Assembly: GCA_010093815.1 (NCBI GenBank)
Contig: ML996565.1
Length of the DNA stretch: 64,000 nucleotides
Direction: 5' to 3' (one strand)
Origin: Pseudovirgaria hyperparasitica
Taxonomy: Eukaryota
The notes below the pieces were generated by a model, which had not been told where the DNA came from, did not search any database, and worked only from the letters and a program-made list of their open reading frames with translations. The first letter of the stretch is position 1, and each line of letters opens with the position of its first letter. The position numbers were made by a program, and so were the translations under genes. Shown here piece by piece: positions 1-12,341 of this stretch.

Positions 1-274
1 TCAGCGATGACATACTGGTAGTTGCGGTCGAACAAGGAGATGTAGCATCGGGAAGCATTGAGACGCAGAGCGCCTAGCTGAGCAAAAGCATTAAGGGCCA
101 GATCAGTGGAGGAAATGGGAATATGGTCCTGGTGATGGGCGCGAAAGTAGACGGGAGGCAGATATCTGGTGAGACGTTGGGTCAGTTCGAAGACAGAAAG
201 CACGTGGCGGGAGGGAAAGACTTGAGGAGCTCGCGTTCAGTGGCTGACTCGGACAGCGCAGAGTGCGAGTGCAT
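1..274 (-). CDS. 5' end of a GAF-domain hybrid sensor histidine kinase/response regulator (runs off the window start)
   Basis: ATG at 274, predicted intron 166-221 (GT...CTGAC...CAG). The spliced product is MHSHSALSESATERELLKYLPP...STDLALNAFAQLGALRLNASRCYISLFDRNYQYVIAE. The motif AFAQLGALRLN..R..ISLFDR..QY.IAE is typical of the N-terminal GAF region of fungal hybrid histidine kinases. Confidence 0.75.
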
Positions 275-1445
275 TTCTGCACCGTTCAGGCAGGGCGGAC
301 CGATGAGGAGAGTGAGTGAATAACAGTTGATATACTGCTCCCTCTCATCCCCAAGGACAGCGACGACAACGACGACAACGACCACGACGAGAACGAGGAC
401 AGTAATCACGGGAACAAACGAAGCCGTCCATCATCTACCAGGTAAAGACTGAATGGTGGCAACCTGCAAGAAGAGATTGCTGATTGGGCGGCAGTAGGCG
501 ACATTGTAGAGAAGAGTGGGAATGCACCAGCACCAGCCACACTGCAGGACGAGGCTAGTCGAGATCTAGAATCCGATCGTTTGTCTCCTAAGAATTGGTC
601 ATTTTTCTAGTTCGATCGACGAGAAAGCTGGTGCGGTGTGGAAGTGAATGATGGCAGAAGTGTATATTGATTGATTACTGAGACTGTAGATGTTTACTGT
701 TGTTGTTGCATGAGGCCAGAAAAGGAGGGCCGTCCAAGGAAGGAACTCTTGAGGCTAGGGGTTGTCTAGAAGAGGATACATCAGTAAGCGCTGACTACTT
801 TGAGTTTCAATTATTCAATACATGTAACCGTGTGTTAGGCATCAGAACAGCATGTCTTGAGCTATAACTAACCTCTTTTTTCAACATAATTACCTGATGT
901 AATCAACTCGCACACCGTATCGATGCAGAAAGAGCAGACAAGCCGTACTTGCGGGGCCGCTAGGCGCTAGGAGCACGGGCGTAAATGGCGAATTGTCAAA
1001 ATGCCATGTGTAATTGATCCATGTTGACTTCACTCTGGCTATTTCGAGAAATATCTGGTCAACACGCAGAGTGAACTATCTCAGACATCATCTGCTAAGT
1101 ATTACTCGCTTTGTACTTACAAAGACAATCCGATGACGATATTCCTCCCTACAGCTTGGCCCGTACCCAGTCCTCCAGCACCTTGGCCCCCTCTCCCTTC
1201 TCCTTGATGCCAATCACCCTTTCGATTATCATGTCATCATGTGCAGCTCGACTGGTTACCATCACCGTAGTCTTGCCTTTGTATCCCTGTTCGAACTTGA
1301 TCGCGAACGCCTTGATGGCGTCAATCAGAATCTCCCACTCGCCTCCCCAGAACAAGACCTGTCCCACCACCTTCTCCGCGCCACTCCACCACTCACTAGG
1401 AGCGCGCATCACCGCCGCTGGCTCGCTGCAGATCCCACCGAGACC

Positions 1446-3077
1446 ATGCAGAACGACGAATACGCCGATTCCTCGCCAGGGGCAGACTCCCTCACTCCTT
1501 CGACGAAACGCAAACGAGCCTCCGCTGCCACCACATCCTCGTCGTCTCGTGGCGTTGCAAATCTCACGCCAGAGCAGTTGCAGCGGAAACGTGCCAACGA
1601 CCGTGAGGCTCAACGCGCCATCCGCGAGAGAACAAAACAGCAGATTGATAGACTGAACGAAAGGATACGCGAGCTGGAATCGCAGCAGCCTTACAATGAT
1701 CTCCAGGTGGTCGTACGCCAGAAAGAGGCCATACACGCCGAGAATGATGAGATCAAACGACGCCTCGCCTCTGTCATAGCCATCATTCAGCCATTGCTAG
1801 GGAACCAGAGTCTCCATGGTACGTCGTCACTAGCATGTGTGTTCGTTGGAGCAGTAACTAATCCATCCTTCAAACCTATAGATCTAGCAGCTGCCGCCGA
1901 AAGAAACTCACTACCTGCTGCTCAGGCACCTGTACCTCTTCCTCCTAACGGAACCGTCTCGAAACCGCCGTACGGCGAAGATGCCATTGTGAGGAACAAT
2001 CCAGGTTCACAAGAGCATTCACTGGAACATGTGTTGGGTAATAACCCGCCACCACAAGTACAGAACAATGGTCAGTGGTCATCTACCGCGGCTATGAATG
2101 GTAGCGGCGAATCAAGAGGTTGGCAGCAGACGCTTCCACAACCAAGTGAACGCCCTCCTGCTCAGTATAGTCAGGACGAGAGACTGGGTGTCAAATTTCT
2201 ACTGGAGAGCAACCAGCAAGCGAAGCTAGACATGGCCTCTGCCCCGACTCGAGGTACAACCACCACAGCTGCTGCTCAGGTTGTCGTCGCCGCAGACTAC
2301 AATGGCAGACAACCACCCCCATACGCCATGCTCCCAAACATGCTAGAAGCGACGTGTCCCCTAGATGGCTTGATGCTTGACTTCATGGCCGAACGGCGTG
2401 GACTAGCAGCCAGAGGCACACCAATGAGGCTGCTAACCGGCCCGGCACAGCCAAACTTTGCTCCTCTTCTCTATCCGGACCGCGACATCGAGACACACCC
2501 ACTGTCTAGAGTCTTCGCAGATATACTAAGAACATTTCCAGACATCTCCACCTTGCCGGAGCAAGTCGCCACGATCTACGTCATGTTCTCTGTCATGCGT
2601 TGGGAGTTGGATCCGACTCAAGAGAACTACGATCGTCTTCCCGACTGGATGACACCTAGGCCCAGTCAGCTCTTTACGCCGCACCCCTCGTGGATGGACC
2701 ATCTGCCATGGCCCAAGCTACGCGACAAAATGGTATCTCAATCTCCCCACCAGCCCTTTGACACTTTCTTCATCCCTTTCACAACCACGATCTCTCTCAA
2801 TTGGCCATACGATCCTCGCGAATGCCTCATTCCAGCACCGCCTAGCGCTCGAGAAAGCTTCTCGTCTAGCATCGTCTCTGGCGCATCGCCGTACTCGCCA
2901 GCAACTCAGTCCACACGATCACTCAACACCCCCATTCTCAAGTCGCCCGTCTCGGATGAGGTGTGGATCATCAGTCCCGCATTCGAGAATCATCTCATGA
3001 AACTAGGAAACTGGAGTCTGGGGCCTGCATTCGCCACGGCGCTGCCGCATCTAGCAGACTGCGTCAAGATCAAGTGA
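1446..3077 (+). CDS. bZIP transcription factor with C-terminal DUF3425-type domain
   Basis: Basic region RKRANDREAQRAIRERTK followed by a leucine zipper. C-terminal P.W..P.P.QL..PHP.W.DHLPWP.LRD and F...L.NWSLG..F motifs. First ATG at 1446; probable in-frame intron at 1819-1881. Confidence 0.85.
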   Translation: MQNDEYADSSPGADSLTPSTKRKRASAATTSSSSRGVANLTPEQLQRKRANDREAQRAIRERTKQQIDRLNERIRELESQQPYNDLQVVVRQKEAIHAENDEIKRRLASVIAIIQPLLGNQSLHGTSSLACVFVGAVTNPSFKPIDLAAAAERNSLPAAQAPVPLPPNGTVSKPPYGEDAIVRNNPGSQEHSLEHVLGNNPPPQVQNNGQWSSTAAMNGSGESRGWQQTLPQPSERPPAQYSQDERLGVKFLLESNQQAKLDMASAPTRGTTTTAAAQVVVAADYNGRQPPPYAMLPNMLEATCPLDGLMLDFMAERRGLAARGTPMRLLTGPAQPNFAPLLYPDRDIETHPLSRVFADILRTFPDISTLPEQVATIYVMFSVMRWELDPTQENYDRLPDWMTPRPSQLFTPHPSWMDHLPWPKLRDKMVSQSPHQPFDTFFIPFTTTISLNWPYDPRECLIPAPPSARESFSSSIVSGASPYSPATQSTRSLNTPILKSPVSDEVWIISPAFENHLMKLGNWSLGPAFATALPHLADCVKIK

Positions 3078-3560
3078 TGGAAACATTATCAAGCATGTTC
3101 TTGAAAACATTTGTGTTTTAGCTACGGAGTCAAGGTCCCGGGAACGCAAGACTGGAGTCCTTCCTGCGGGGTTGCAGGACGCGCAGCCGTTCATTCGAGG
3201 CGTAATTGGGAGTGTATCGGAAGTGAGAGCGACTCCGGTTGTGCCCAACACCCTCAGGTTCCACGACAAGGCTGCAGATTGAAATACAATGGCAACAATG
3301 CCGAGTCAGCACTTATTCGTTACTGACAAAATTCGGCCCCCACTCATACTCCAGTGTCGATAGAAACCATACACTCAACGGCCGGGCACTGAAGTCATTT
3401 GTCGCGGCCCCTCAAAGCCATCACGCTTGTATCTAGTCTCGCAAGACAACAACACTAGCAACTAGTCTATACAGCTTATATAACTCCTTCTCCGCCCAGA
3501 CAGTTGGGTCCCTCATCTTCCTTCAGTACCTGCCTATTAATGTAACATTCCAGCAAGACT

Positions 3561-5723
3561 ATGAATAATAAGGACATGACCGCCCAGTACGAGAGCACCG
3601 ATGTCTTGATCATTGGCGCCGGCCCCACGGGCCTTCTCCTCTCCAGTGAATTAGGATTAAGATGCAAAACCAGGAACATAGTGCTCGAGAAAGACACGTC
3701 GATATACAAGTACCCACGTGCATTTACGCTGGGGCAACATTCCGTTCGGCTGCTGCAAGGTCTTGGGCTGTACTCCAAAATATACAGCGAGATTGGATAT
3801 TGTTCGTCGTCGTTCACAGGGACTCTCAGTAGATGCGAATGACACGCTAATGATATCTGCCAGGTAACAGTCTCATCTCCATGGTTGGTGGCACTGATTC
3901 GAGGTTCCAGAAAACCCCGTTCCTGGAGAGGGAACTGCAGGTGAGCAAGCTGTGTCAGTGAGAATGGCAACTGTCCAAAAGCTCATAGTGGATAGACTGG
4001 GCATTCGGCGCTGCATGCTAATCTGCACTTCAAGCAGCCTGTCATGGAGCGCATTCTGCATGACCTTATACATAAAGACGAGTACTCTGAGCTCCGCACA
4101 GGCTGCAACGTTACGTCGATCAGTGAAGATGACGACTGGGTGTACGTGGAATATGAGCATGCAGGCTTAAAGAAGAGAGTCAAGTCTCGATTTCTAGTCG
4201 GAGCCGACGGCAAGATCGGATATACTCGCAAGAAGTATCTGGAGCCAAAAGGCGTCATCATGGAAAGCACCCTACCGTAAGCCAACAACATCTCCACGAC
4301 CATACTTCCATAGCCCTGACCCTGACCCTGACAAACCAAACACAGATGGACCATGCTCGCCGGCAGCGTCAACATCCTCGTCAAACGTCCCACCCCAGAA
4401 TCCCACCCCGACTTCCCCCTATGGGCCATCGGCTACACCCCAGACCGCGTCCTAGACGCATTCATCCCCAACTCATTCATCTTCAAATGCAACCCCAACC
4501 GCCCCGTCGTAAGCTGCCGCCTCGGCCGCCCATCCGAAGACCCCATGCCCTGGCGCTTCGAAATCGCAACCCGAGACAACGAAGACGGCATGGCCGTCCT
4601 CGACCCCAACACCGTCATGCACTCCACCATCTACCCCTACCTCCGCCGCCCCGGCAGCGACTTCGGCGTACACGGCATGGTCGAGTATCCGCACGACTGC
4701 CTCGAGCTCGTAACCGTCAACCCATACCGCTACTCCGCCCGCACATGCAATCGCTGGTTCATCGGCCGCAGCATCCTCGCCGGCGACGCCGCACACGTCT
4801 TCCCCCCGTTCGCCGGCCTAGGCGTCGAATGCGGCCTCATGGACGCAAGCGGGCTCGCATGGCGCCTCGCCCATCTCCTAAACCAGCCCTCTTCCCCTTC
4901 GCCCCAGACCATCGCCGCAGTGCTCTCCTCCTGGGAACGCGAGCGCCGCACCCACGTCGTCCACGCCCTGTCCCTCACCCTGCGCAACGCAATCTGGATC
5001 GAGCAAAGCCACGTGAAGAGCACGCTGACGCAATGGCTCGTGTACATCCAGCGCCTCGTGCCCGCCTGGAAGGCCGGGATCGAGAATCCGAATGAGCGGC
5101 CTGTTGAGTATGCGTATGAGCCGGGCGTGAGCTTTGTGCCGATTGGGCTGAGCGGTATGAAGACGAGGTCGCAGGGCGCGTCGATGGTGTGTCCGCAGAT
5201 CGGATGTGTGGTGTTGGGCGGTGGTGGTGCTGACGCTGGGGGTGAGGTCAGGCTGCTTGATGATATATTGTTTGATCGCGCAAAGACGGGCGTCTTACAG
5301 CTTCTCGTGCTCCTGCCCTCTGCACCACTACTCTCACAATTCATCTCGCAGATCGCAGACCTGATTCCTCGCATCGCATCACTCTCCGATAACACCGTCC
5401 TCGGCTCCGAAGCTGTCCTCCTTCTTTTCCCCTCCCCTCACACTCATTCCACCACCTATCCCAGTCTCATCTCCCTCCTCCCCACTAACCTAAAAGATAC
5501 AACCCTCCTCCGCCCCGCATCCCTCGCCGAATACGCCGCCAGCGCCCTGCTTGCGGATCGTCCGTACCCAGCTATGTATAATGAGGGGCGGATTCATGAG
5601 GAGTTTCCCGGTGCGAGGTACGTGCTTGTTAGGTTGGATCGGGTTGTGTTTGCGGCTTGTGGGGATGAGGGGGCGTTGGAGGGGGTTTTGAGGGGGGTTG
5701 GGGGCGTGCTTGGGGGTGCTTGA
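3561..5723 (+). CDS. FAD-dependent aromatic monooxygenase (MhpA/PheA-like, FAD_binding_3)
   Basis: GAGPTG Rossmann motif, LVGADG motif and ILAGDAAHVFPPF motif. Three GT-AG introns (about 3802-3863, 3941-3994, 4277-4345) join the ORF pieces into one open frame. Confidence 0.85.
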
Positions 5724-5979
5724 GGGAGGGTTGCTGAGGGGGAGCGGGGGTGAGGGGGGTAGTGAGTGAGGAGTCGTGTTTTTATATTGTATATACTATC
5801 CGTGCTGTATCATGTCTCGCGCGCTGTTTGGGCTTGATGTATCCCCTCGCCTCACCGGCATCGATGCCGCAACACCTGACTCTTGTATGATATATCCTAT
5901 CCTATCGTGCAAACTAAAAGGCGTTCAATCTTTATCTTGAAGTCCCTCTCATCACAGAACAGACAGACAGACAGATCAC

Positions 5980-8256
5980 TCAGTGCGTGCGCGCCCACTC
6001 GCGATACCAGTCCAAACACTCCGGATTCGCCACGCTCGCCGACGTCTTGACATTCATTCCGCACAGGATCTGCTTTACCGCGCCTTCGACTCTGGTGATG
6101 GGATTGTCAGCACACAATATCTCGTCCCAAAACGCAATCGAACCAAAAAAGAAAAGGAGCAGAACTCACTTCTTCCCATTCGTCGTAACCGGAATATCCA
6201 CACACACATCCACCACACCAGGCACATGCCGCGCACTCAACTCCCGCCTCACCACCCGCCTCACCCGCTCCGCCAACCCCTCCCCAAACACCCTCCCCTC
6301 CACCATCTTCACAAACAGCACGACCGTCTCATCACTCTCCCCAGGCCTCCGCCTCCCGACACACAGCCCATCCGCAACCCCGCCGTCCACGTCATCATTC
6401 CCGAAATGCGCCAGCAGCACATTATATATCTCCGCGCTACCGAACCGCACACCCTGCGGCTTCAGCACGCCGTCGCTGCGGCCCAGCATGACGAGGCCGC
6501 GCGTGCGCGGGTTGAAGCGGACAAAGTCGCCGTGGTGCCACACGCCGGGGAACAGGTCGAAGTAGCTGGCGCGGTACTTTGCGGCTGGGGGGTCGTCGTC
6601 GGCGAAGAAGGAGACGGGTTGGCAGGGGAAGGGGCGGGTGCAGACGAGGTCGCCTGGGGCGCCGGAGAGGGTGATGTCGGTGGCTGTGTGGTCGAAGGCG
6701 CGGATGCGCATGCCGAGGCCGGGGGCTTGGATTTCGCCGGCGAAGACGGGGACGAGCGGGCAGGGGGCGCCGAAGAGGGAGATGATGTCTGTGCCGCCGG
6801 TGATGCTGGATAGGGTGAGGGTGGGGGGGAAGGCGGTGTAGACCCATTTGAAGGTGCTGGGGGCGAGGGGGGAGCCGGTGCTGTAGATTGCTTGGAGGGA
6901 GGAGAGGGGGAGGGTTTTGTGGGGGAAGAGGGCTTTTTGCTCGAGGACGCTGAGGTATTTTGCTGAGGTGCCGAAGTGGGTTATTGAGAGTTCGTCGATG
7001 AGGCGCGGCATGGCGAGGTCGTCGGCGATGCTGTGGCCTGGGAGGTCTGGGGAGCGGGAGCGGAATGGGGAGCCGTCGTAGAGGACGAGGATGGCGCCGG
7101 CGGCGAGGCCGGAGACGAGCCAGTGCCACATCATCCAGGTGCAGGTTGTGAAGTAGAAGAAGCGGGAGCCGGGGACGATGGAGGAGTGGATGATGTGCTC
7201 CTTTTTGTGCTGGACGAGGGTGCCGATGGCACCGTGGACGATACATTTCGGAGCGCCTGTGGTGCCGGAGGAGTACAGGATGTAGACTGGGTGATCAGGG
7301 GGTAATTGGGTGAACTTGAGGTTCCAGACCGGGGGCCCGATTCTGAGGAATGAGTCGTACGTGCAGGCCGAGCCCAGATTGTCGGCAAGCTTGATGTCTC
7401 TCAGTTCTGTCATATCATTGCCGGATATGGTTTCGAAGACTACGGCCGCTTCCAGGGTGGGAAGTCCGGACACGATTTCGGCGAGCTTGGGGATGACCGG
7501 GTGTGATTTGCCATTGTAGTAGGAAGCGTTATCCGAGAACAGAACTTTCGGTTCGATCTGCTTCATCCGGTCGAGCACGGCAGTCACACCCGTATCAGGA
7601 GATACTGCTGTCCATATGCCACCCAGCGCCGTCGTCGCCAGCATCGCCACAAGCGCATTTGTGTGGTTTGCTACATAGCCCGCAACTCTGTCTCCTGGCT
7701 CTAGTCCCAATGCCGCGAGACTTGCCTGGAGCTTTGCGACGCGCTGTCTCAACTCGGCCCATGACACAGTCTCTCTGTCAGTCTCCGTCGCCGCCAGTAT
7801 AGCAGGCGCAGTTTCATCAACCTCACAGAGGGGAAACAGCAAGTTTTCGGCGAAATTGAGGGACGCGCCGGAGAAGAAGGCTGGACGGGGGAACATGGGG
7901 GCTTGCGCATCTACAACCTATGGACATGTCAATCACACATACACACTTGCGCATGCACAGAAGAGAAATCAATTGGTAGGTACCTGATCATACTGTTTGG
8001 ATGCTCGGATCCCGACCCATTGCCAGACCTCGCCCCAGAATTCCGCAATGTTGTCCACGCTCCAGTCATACAGCTCTTTATAGTCTTTCAACTCCATTTT
8101 GTACTTTCTGTTCAATTCCAATAGGAATCTCCACATATTCGTGCTCTTTGGATCCGCATGTTGCCAGAGAAGCTCTCCTTGCTCCGCAGTGTCTGCAGTG
8201 TCCGCAGAAGTGCCATTGCCGTCTTCACGAGTATCAATCGGGGTTTCCGGGGCCAT
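5980..8256 (-). CDS. Acetoacetyl-CoA synthetase (acetoacetate-CoA ligase)
   Basis: AMP-binding loop YILYSSGTTGAPKCIVH, plus WMMWHW, SITGGTD, WHHGDF, GRSDGVLKPQGVRFGSAEIY and a terminal NGKKVE..VK...SVANPECL. Introns near 7917-7983 and 6092-6169. Confidence 0.93.
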
Positions 8257-8920
8257 GATAGCGCTTGAGGGAGTAATATCTATCTATCGAGGTCGTACAT
8301 GGACAGACAGGGGCTGTAGAGCAGCAGTACTACGCGTGTGTCGGGGATATCTGCAAGCACCCTTGGGAAGATCATCATAAACGGTGCCAAGACTGCTACG
8401 GACTCGGACGAGGGGCACACGCATGAGGAAGACGTTTGATGCCCCGCAGAGCTAAACTCGATTGCTCAACCCATTCTGAACGATGCGATTGGGCCGAAGC
8501 AAGCCGAAGATGACTATGTGAAGACGAGACAAGTGTAAAGGTGTGAAGAAGCGAGTAAACCGAGGTTCTAGCGTCGTTTTAGCGGACCAGGGTAATAAAG
8601 GGGCACAGTCTACATACAGTTCACATGCGCTGGACTTGTAGAGTTTGGTGTCAGAGTGTTATGATGTGAATAAAGTTGTCCATGGTCGACTTTCACTTAT
8701 GCCTTTGCTTCTCGTTACAAGGTATGGTGGAACAAGACACGTTGTCAAAGTTCTGACTCCTTTTATCAACACCCCTGAGCTAGATTCTGTCAACACCACC
8801 CATCCACACCTCTCTAAACACCTCAAATGCTGCACGCTTTCTTGTCACATCATCTCTCATCAGTCATCACCCACCTATCCACACCACCCACCACATTGTA
8901 CATTCTCAAGAGTGATAGCA

Positions 8921-9990
8921 CTACGCATTATCCTTAGCAGACCGCAGCTTCGCCAAAACAGCGACAGGCTCTGTCTCGCCTGTGTACTTCTGGATAGCAG
9001 GGTCGGCCACGCGCATGAACACATTGAATTTCTGGCTCATGTCAGTAGGTGCTTCGTGAAGTTGACACTGTACACACCTTCTCGTCGCCAATTGTCGATT
9101 TTCCCTGAGTCTCTTCATTCGATGTTGCAAAGTCGTCGAGACGCTTGATTTCGGGGTCTTCAGGTAGAACGCTTTTGGCGAACTTGACGTTGCCTTTGGT
9201 GTATTCGTGTCCAGGCTGTATCGCATCAGTACGACAATCACGGACACAACATTAGAGCAACGTACAAAAACCTTGGTGTCGTCTGGCAATGCAGCGAGCA
9301 CCTCGTTGAGTGCCTTGTGCATCTCTTTCGGTGTCCCCTCGAACAGTCTTCCGCATCCTGCATCTCAGTCAGTATTGTCTTAGAAATCGTTCTCCTGGCA
9401 TTGTCTTGACCTCCAATGAAGAGTGTGTCTCCGGTGAACACCACCCTGTCGTCCCCGTCCTCCATGTAAAAGCAGATACTGTCTTGCGTATGGCAGGGCG
9501 TGTGCAAAGCCGTGACCTTGATCCCCTTTCCGATTGTGAAAGTTGAATTGTGCGCAGGGACGTTCTCGACCGATTCACAGTCTTTGCCACCGATTATACT
9601 GAGGTTGAGTGAAGAAAGGGAGGAGCGCATCGTATTGTTGCCGCCAGCATGGTCATGATGACTATTGTTACTGGTCAGTAAGGACGGTCAAGCCCAGGCA
9701 TGGCACGCACTGGTGGGTGTTGATGATCGTCTTGAGATTGATCTTCTCGAGCTGGGGCTTGAGGGCTGCAAGGACTCTATAGGACGTCAGTACTGCTACG
9801 ACTTCTTCAGCCAGGACCATACATACTCTGGTGGGTTTGCCGGGTCGATGATGACGGACTCCGAGTACGAGTCGTCGGAAACAAGGTAAGCGTAGTTGTT
9901 CCCCTTACCCTTCCCTTGAGCCATGTCAGTACTAATGTATTGCTGGCATCAGACCGAGTTCGTACACATGGGAATTGACTGGATATGCAT
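8921..9990 (-). CDS. GLO2: Hydroxyacylglutathione hydrolase (glyoxalase II), multi-exon
   Basis: Start MHIQSIPMW, followed by [25 protein letters not shown] (split by an intron), [29 protein letters not shown] and N.FMR. Confidence 0.92.
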
Positions 9991-10698
9991 CTTGCGAGAC
10001 CGTGGCGACTAGAGCATCCATGTTAGCTTCATGGCTGATAGCTGCAAAGTCGTACATGCCCTGACTGTTGGTGACTGGATAGTTTGAATTGATGCTTTTC
10101 GTATGGTTCGCGTGAGTGAATTCATGGAATGCGTGTTGTTGTAAAGGAGTGGTAGATGACGACTGCTGAGCTGAGTTTGATATGTCGGGAGAGCTCTCAG
10201 TGCAAGGTTAGTGACGTCCTTAGACACGGCCTTAAGGACACGGAGCTAAGCTCTTCTTATCGATAAGTACCGAGTACACAGTAGCTAAATCATTTACTCT
10301 TTCAAGCTTCTTCTTCGTCTTCCTTCTTCTCCTTCAAACTCTCACTTATTCACCCTCCTATCCCCGCTATCAATGCAGTGATTAGAGATCATTACTCGTC
10401 GCTGACTACCAGATATCGTACATTTACCGCTCGGCAAGGCTTCTTCCATCGTCTTGAAGCTATGCCCAATCTCCCATCGAGGCTGACTGCCGCCACTCTG
10501 ACCTCTCCTTTCCTCTCGTACGCAATGATTGCTGCGAGGTTGAAGAGCGATACTTGGTTTCCGAAGTGATAATGTAGTTTCAGAATGGCTATACATAGCA
10601 CCATCATTCATGATGCTATCATTTCATCTCCTTGGCTTTGGCTCTCTTTAATTCTCATCTCCTCCCCCGGACAGTGTCTAGCCCCTCGCAGCAATATC

Positions 10699-11595
10699 TC
10701 AGGAATTGGTTTGTGCCTCTCTGATCATCTCTCTGAACAGTAAAAGCTCCTCGTCCAACACCCTCTGGCGCCGCAGTGGTCTGAGAGAATCGAGCCACCA
10801 GTGTGGAGATATCAGCGCGCTACTGAAATCAACAAGTTTTCCATCCAGGTAATTCCTCGCGTACAGGTCTACTGGGTATATTCCCAATTTCCTCAGTCCG
10901 TGTAGATCTCGCTCCATTTCTTCTGCGTTAACGATGGCTTCCTTGGACTCTACGAGCTCTTTCACCAAAGCTCGGAACGGTGGCTTCTCCCGCCAGCTCT
11001 TTTCTTCATCTTCTTCTGGCCAGTCCCAGTCTCGAATCCCGAATTGCTCGCTGAAGATTTCCCCATACTGCTCTGCCGAGAGATAAAGATAGCCGTAGCA
11101 GGGTACAGCTAGTCGGTGTGGATGTTCCCGATGTCGCCGCCTCTCGTCTCTTGTTCGTTGTTTTTGCTGCTGTTGCTCATGGATTTGCAGCTTTCCGTAT
11201 GCTCTACACTCTGCATAAAATGGATCGGAGTGATAGGTGATTATCTCATCGCTTGCCTTGACCTTATCGGTAGGAAATACCGAGGAGCGTTCTTGCTCGA
11301 CACTGAAGAACTTGAACTAGACCCATATTAGGCTTGAACGACAAAGCCGTGGTTAACTATGCGCATATTTACTTACGACCTTTAGTGCATACTTCTTCTT
11401 ACCTATGCGAACCTTGAAGACATAGCTGTGACCTCCTTCGGCTCCTTCAGATCCGTCCAAGCGCGGCGACGAACTAAGAAGCTTTAGGAAGTGGATATTA
11501 CCCTTATGTCTCTTGAATGGCAACAGCTTTGGTCCTTCGCAAGGTGGCAATGGCCTTCTAGGACTATATGCGAGCTGGAAGCGCGCCAGCGACAT
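10699..11595 (-). CDS. FTA2-family ('kinetochore Sim4 complex subunit FTA2' Pfam-type) protein kinase-like protein
   Basis: LPPCEGPKL.PF, GGHSYVFKV.I..K.YALKV|FKF, DPFYAECRAYG, AVPCYGY, RALVKE and GIYPVDLYARNYLDGKLVDFS. One intron (GTAAGT...CTAAT...TAG, about 11318-11377); the frame is intact. Confidence 0.8.
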
Positions 11596-12341
11596 GTCGT
11601 AGCGAAGTTTGAGGTCTTCTCGCTCTGAAGATCCGGAACAAAAGCTGACCTTGTTAAGTTGCACAAAGCAAGGCAGGCATTCCTGCCACAGAGCTGAAGT
11701 TGGCGTACCCTTGTACAGGTAAGACAAAGAGAGCAAATTACGAAATTCGGCCATTTCTGTCACATCGCGCTAATCATGCAGCCCATTCTCAAAGCTGACG
11801 GTTTGTTTATTGATCGGGGCAGCTTCACTGATAGGTAGCCGATAATGAGGCAGCGCCATCAGGGAGGGATCATCGTGTGACAACAAGTGTCGTTTTGCTT
11901 AAAGCCAGTAGATTGGTTCTTCTAGACAGCCTTCGATCCGTGCCGTCGGGTGCGGGGGTCACCCTCGCGAACGAACCGCTGATGGATCTATTCATCGATA
12001 CTGCTACACAAGATAAGGGATGAGATGGCCACTTAAATAACACCGGAGCAAGCAAACACTCGCATACCTATCACATGAATTTGCCCGACACCCATACACC
12101 CCCTGAGATTATATGGCTTGGCTTGTCTTCGTCGAGGATAGCTGGCAGCAACTCCTCTTTTGCGCATCTACAACCTCCAATGGATGATCGCGGCAGATAT
12201 CTTGCTGATGGTTCATGCAGAAGGCACTTGTTTGCCTGAAAAGCCCTGTCATTGAGTCTTAGATGTCTTTCTATATCAATGTATGCCGGTGGACCATGTC
12301 TGCCCTGGCACTATAGACATAGTTGACAGCCTTACCGCAAC

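Noticed and set aside
1149..1736. 195-aa antisense ORF and other alternative-frame ORFs over the bZIP gene
   Set aside because: Shadow ORFs of a GC-rich coding region with no recognisable motifs.
4346..7246. Arg/Pro/His-rich long alternative-frame ORFs (4346-5095, 5983-6813, 6437-7246)
   Set aside because: By-products of extreme C/G skew suppressing stop codons inside real genes.
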